64,000 bases of DNA from Myxococcales bacterium (GTDB lineage: Bacteria; Myxococcota; Myxococcia; Myxococcales; 40CM-4-68-19): assembly GCA_035702105.1 (NCBI GenBank), contig DASSQZ010000235.1, positions 2,549-66,548 of the forward strand, in the 5' to 3' direction. Shown here piece by piece: positions 63,703 to 64,000 of this stretch. Within the stretch, counting starts at the first letter, position 1, and each line of letters opens with the position of its first letter. The position numbers were made by a program, and so were the translations under genes. Under the pieces are notes generated by a model. That model made no database searches and was not told the origin of the DNA. It saw only the letters and a list, made by a program, of their open reading frames with translations.

Positions 63703-64000
63703 GCCTGCAGGACGCGCGCGAAGTACCAGGGGCTGCGCGCCGGCTCCGCCTGCGAGTCGGGAATGGCCAGCGTGCCGGGATGCAGGAAGGCGAGCGGGAA
63801 GATGGGCGCCGGGCCGTTGCGCGCCACGTCCTCCTCCAGCATCCGCAGGCTCTCGCTCCGCGCCGGCGGCGCGCCGGCGGGCGCCCCGAGCCAGGCCGGC
63901 GGCGGGAAGACGATGGACGACTCGTACGCGGTCAAGAGCGCGCGGCCGGGGTTCTCGCTGACCGCCTGGCCGCCGCTCAGGTTCTGGTTGCCGGCCGGAT
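63684..64000 (-). CDS. 3' end of a gene continuing beyond the window (first gene of the operon as seen here)
   Basis: The frame is open to the window edge with strong GC3 (..PAGNQNLSGGQAVSENPGRALLTAYESSIVFPPPAWLG...WSAQP*). The listed TTG 63935 start is probably internal. Its position fits a solute-binding component, but no motif supports that. Confidence 0.5.
   Translation of the reverse strand, partial: PAGNQNLSGGQAVSENPGRALLTAYESSIVFPPPAWLGAPAGAPPARSESLRMLEEDVARNGPAPIFPLAFLHPGTLAIPDSQAEPARSPWYFARVLQAWSAQP

Noticed and set aside
1-64000. CRISPR arrays, tRNA/rRNA genes, IS elements, transposases, integrases, prophage genes
   Set aside because: I found no regularly spaced direct repeats, no cloverleaf-like or rRNA-like intergenic sequence, and no DDE, tyrosine or serine recombinase-like ORF in any frame. 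This is a by-eye search only, so small ncRNAs could be missed.

Overview
All domain and family calls below come from reading motifs by eye; no searches were run.

This is high-GC bacterial chromosomal DNA, roughly 70% or more by eye, with a very strong G/C third-position bias. That bias also creates many long spurious shadow ORFs. The window is gene-dense, with about 50 credible CDS. I recognised no rRNA, tRNA, CRISPR array, IS element, transposase or integrase. The gene style suggests a Myxococcota (Anaeromyxobacter-like) or similar Gram-negative soil bacterium, but that is inference only. The style features are sigma-54 regulation, multihaem cytochromes, many lipoproteins with Ig/PKD-type repeats, and frequent 4-nt start/stop overlaps.

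Layout, left to right:
- WS/DGAT and a YciI-like gene.
- Three Ig-like lipoproteins; two are tandem paralogues.
- yceI divergent from a LysR regulator.
- An orphan decahaem lipoprotein cytochrome with a collagen-like linker.
- An alpha/beta hydrolase.
- A copper module: lipoprotein multicopper oxidase, HMBD short adaptor and CusA-type RND pump.
- A PKD-repeat lipoprotein, nadE and an orphan duplicated FtsX permease.
- An accessory-looking stretch (about 27.6-47.4 kb) of slightly lower GC. It holds an IorAB-type molybdoenzyme, a run of two to three disrupted genes, GFA, creD, a cytochrome c and a patatin-like lipase. It also holds two CPA antiporters with chrA, DUF3014, an NtrC-type two-component system and two truncated gene fragments.
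- An asnB / acyl-CoA ligase / HemK-like methyltransferase / ACP cassette with two divergent hexapeptide acyltransferases.
- A divergent chrA-chrB pair.
- A tightly coupled eight-gene operon on the minus strand that runs off the right edge of the window.

Most interesting, in order:
1. The minus-strand operon at 55.6-64.0 kb joins a very divergent ABC importer, including a permease-NBD-NBD fusion, to an 813-aa actin/Hsp70-fold protein and DUF72.
2. Two short ghost copies of gene 3' ends (the ACP tail and the nadE tail) lie in direct orientation to their parent genes. They bracket accessory DNA like decayed att scars.
3. The orphan asnB-ligase-methyltransferase-ACP cassette.
4. The collagen-linked decahaem cytochrome.
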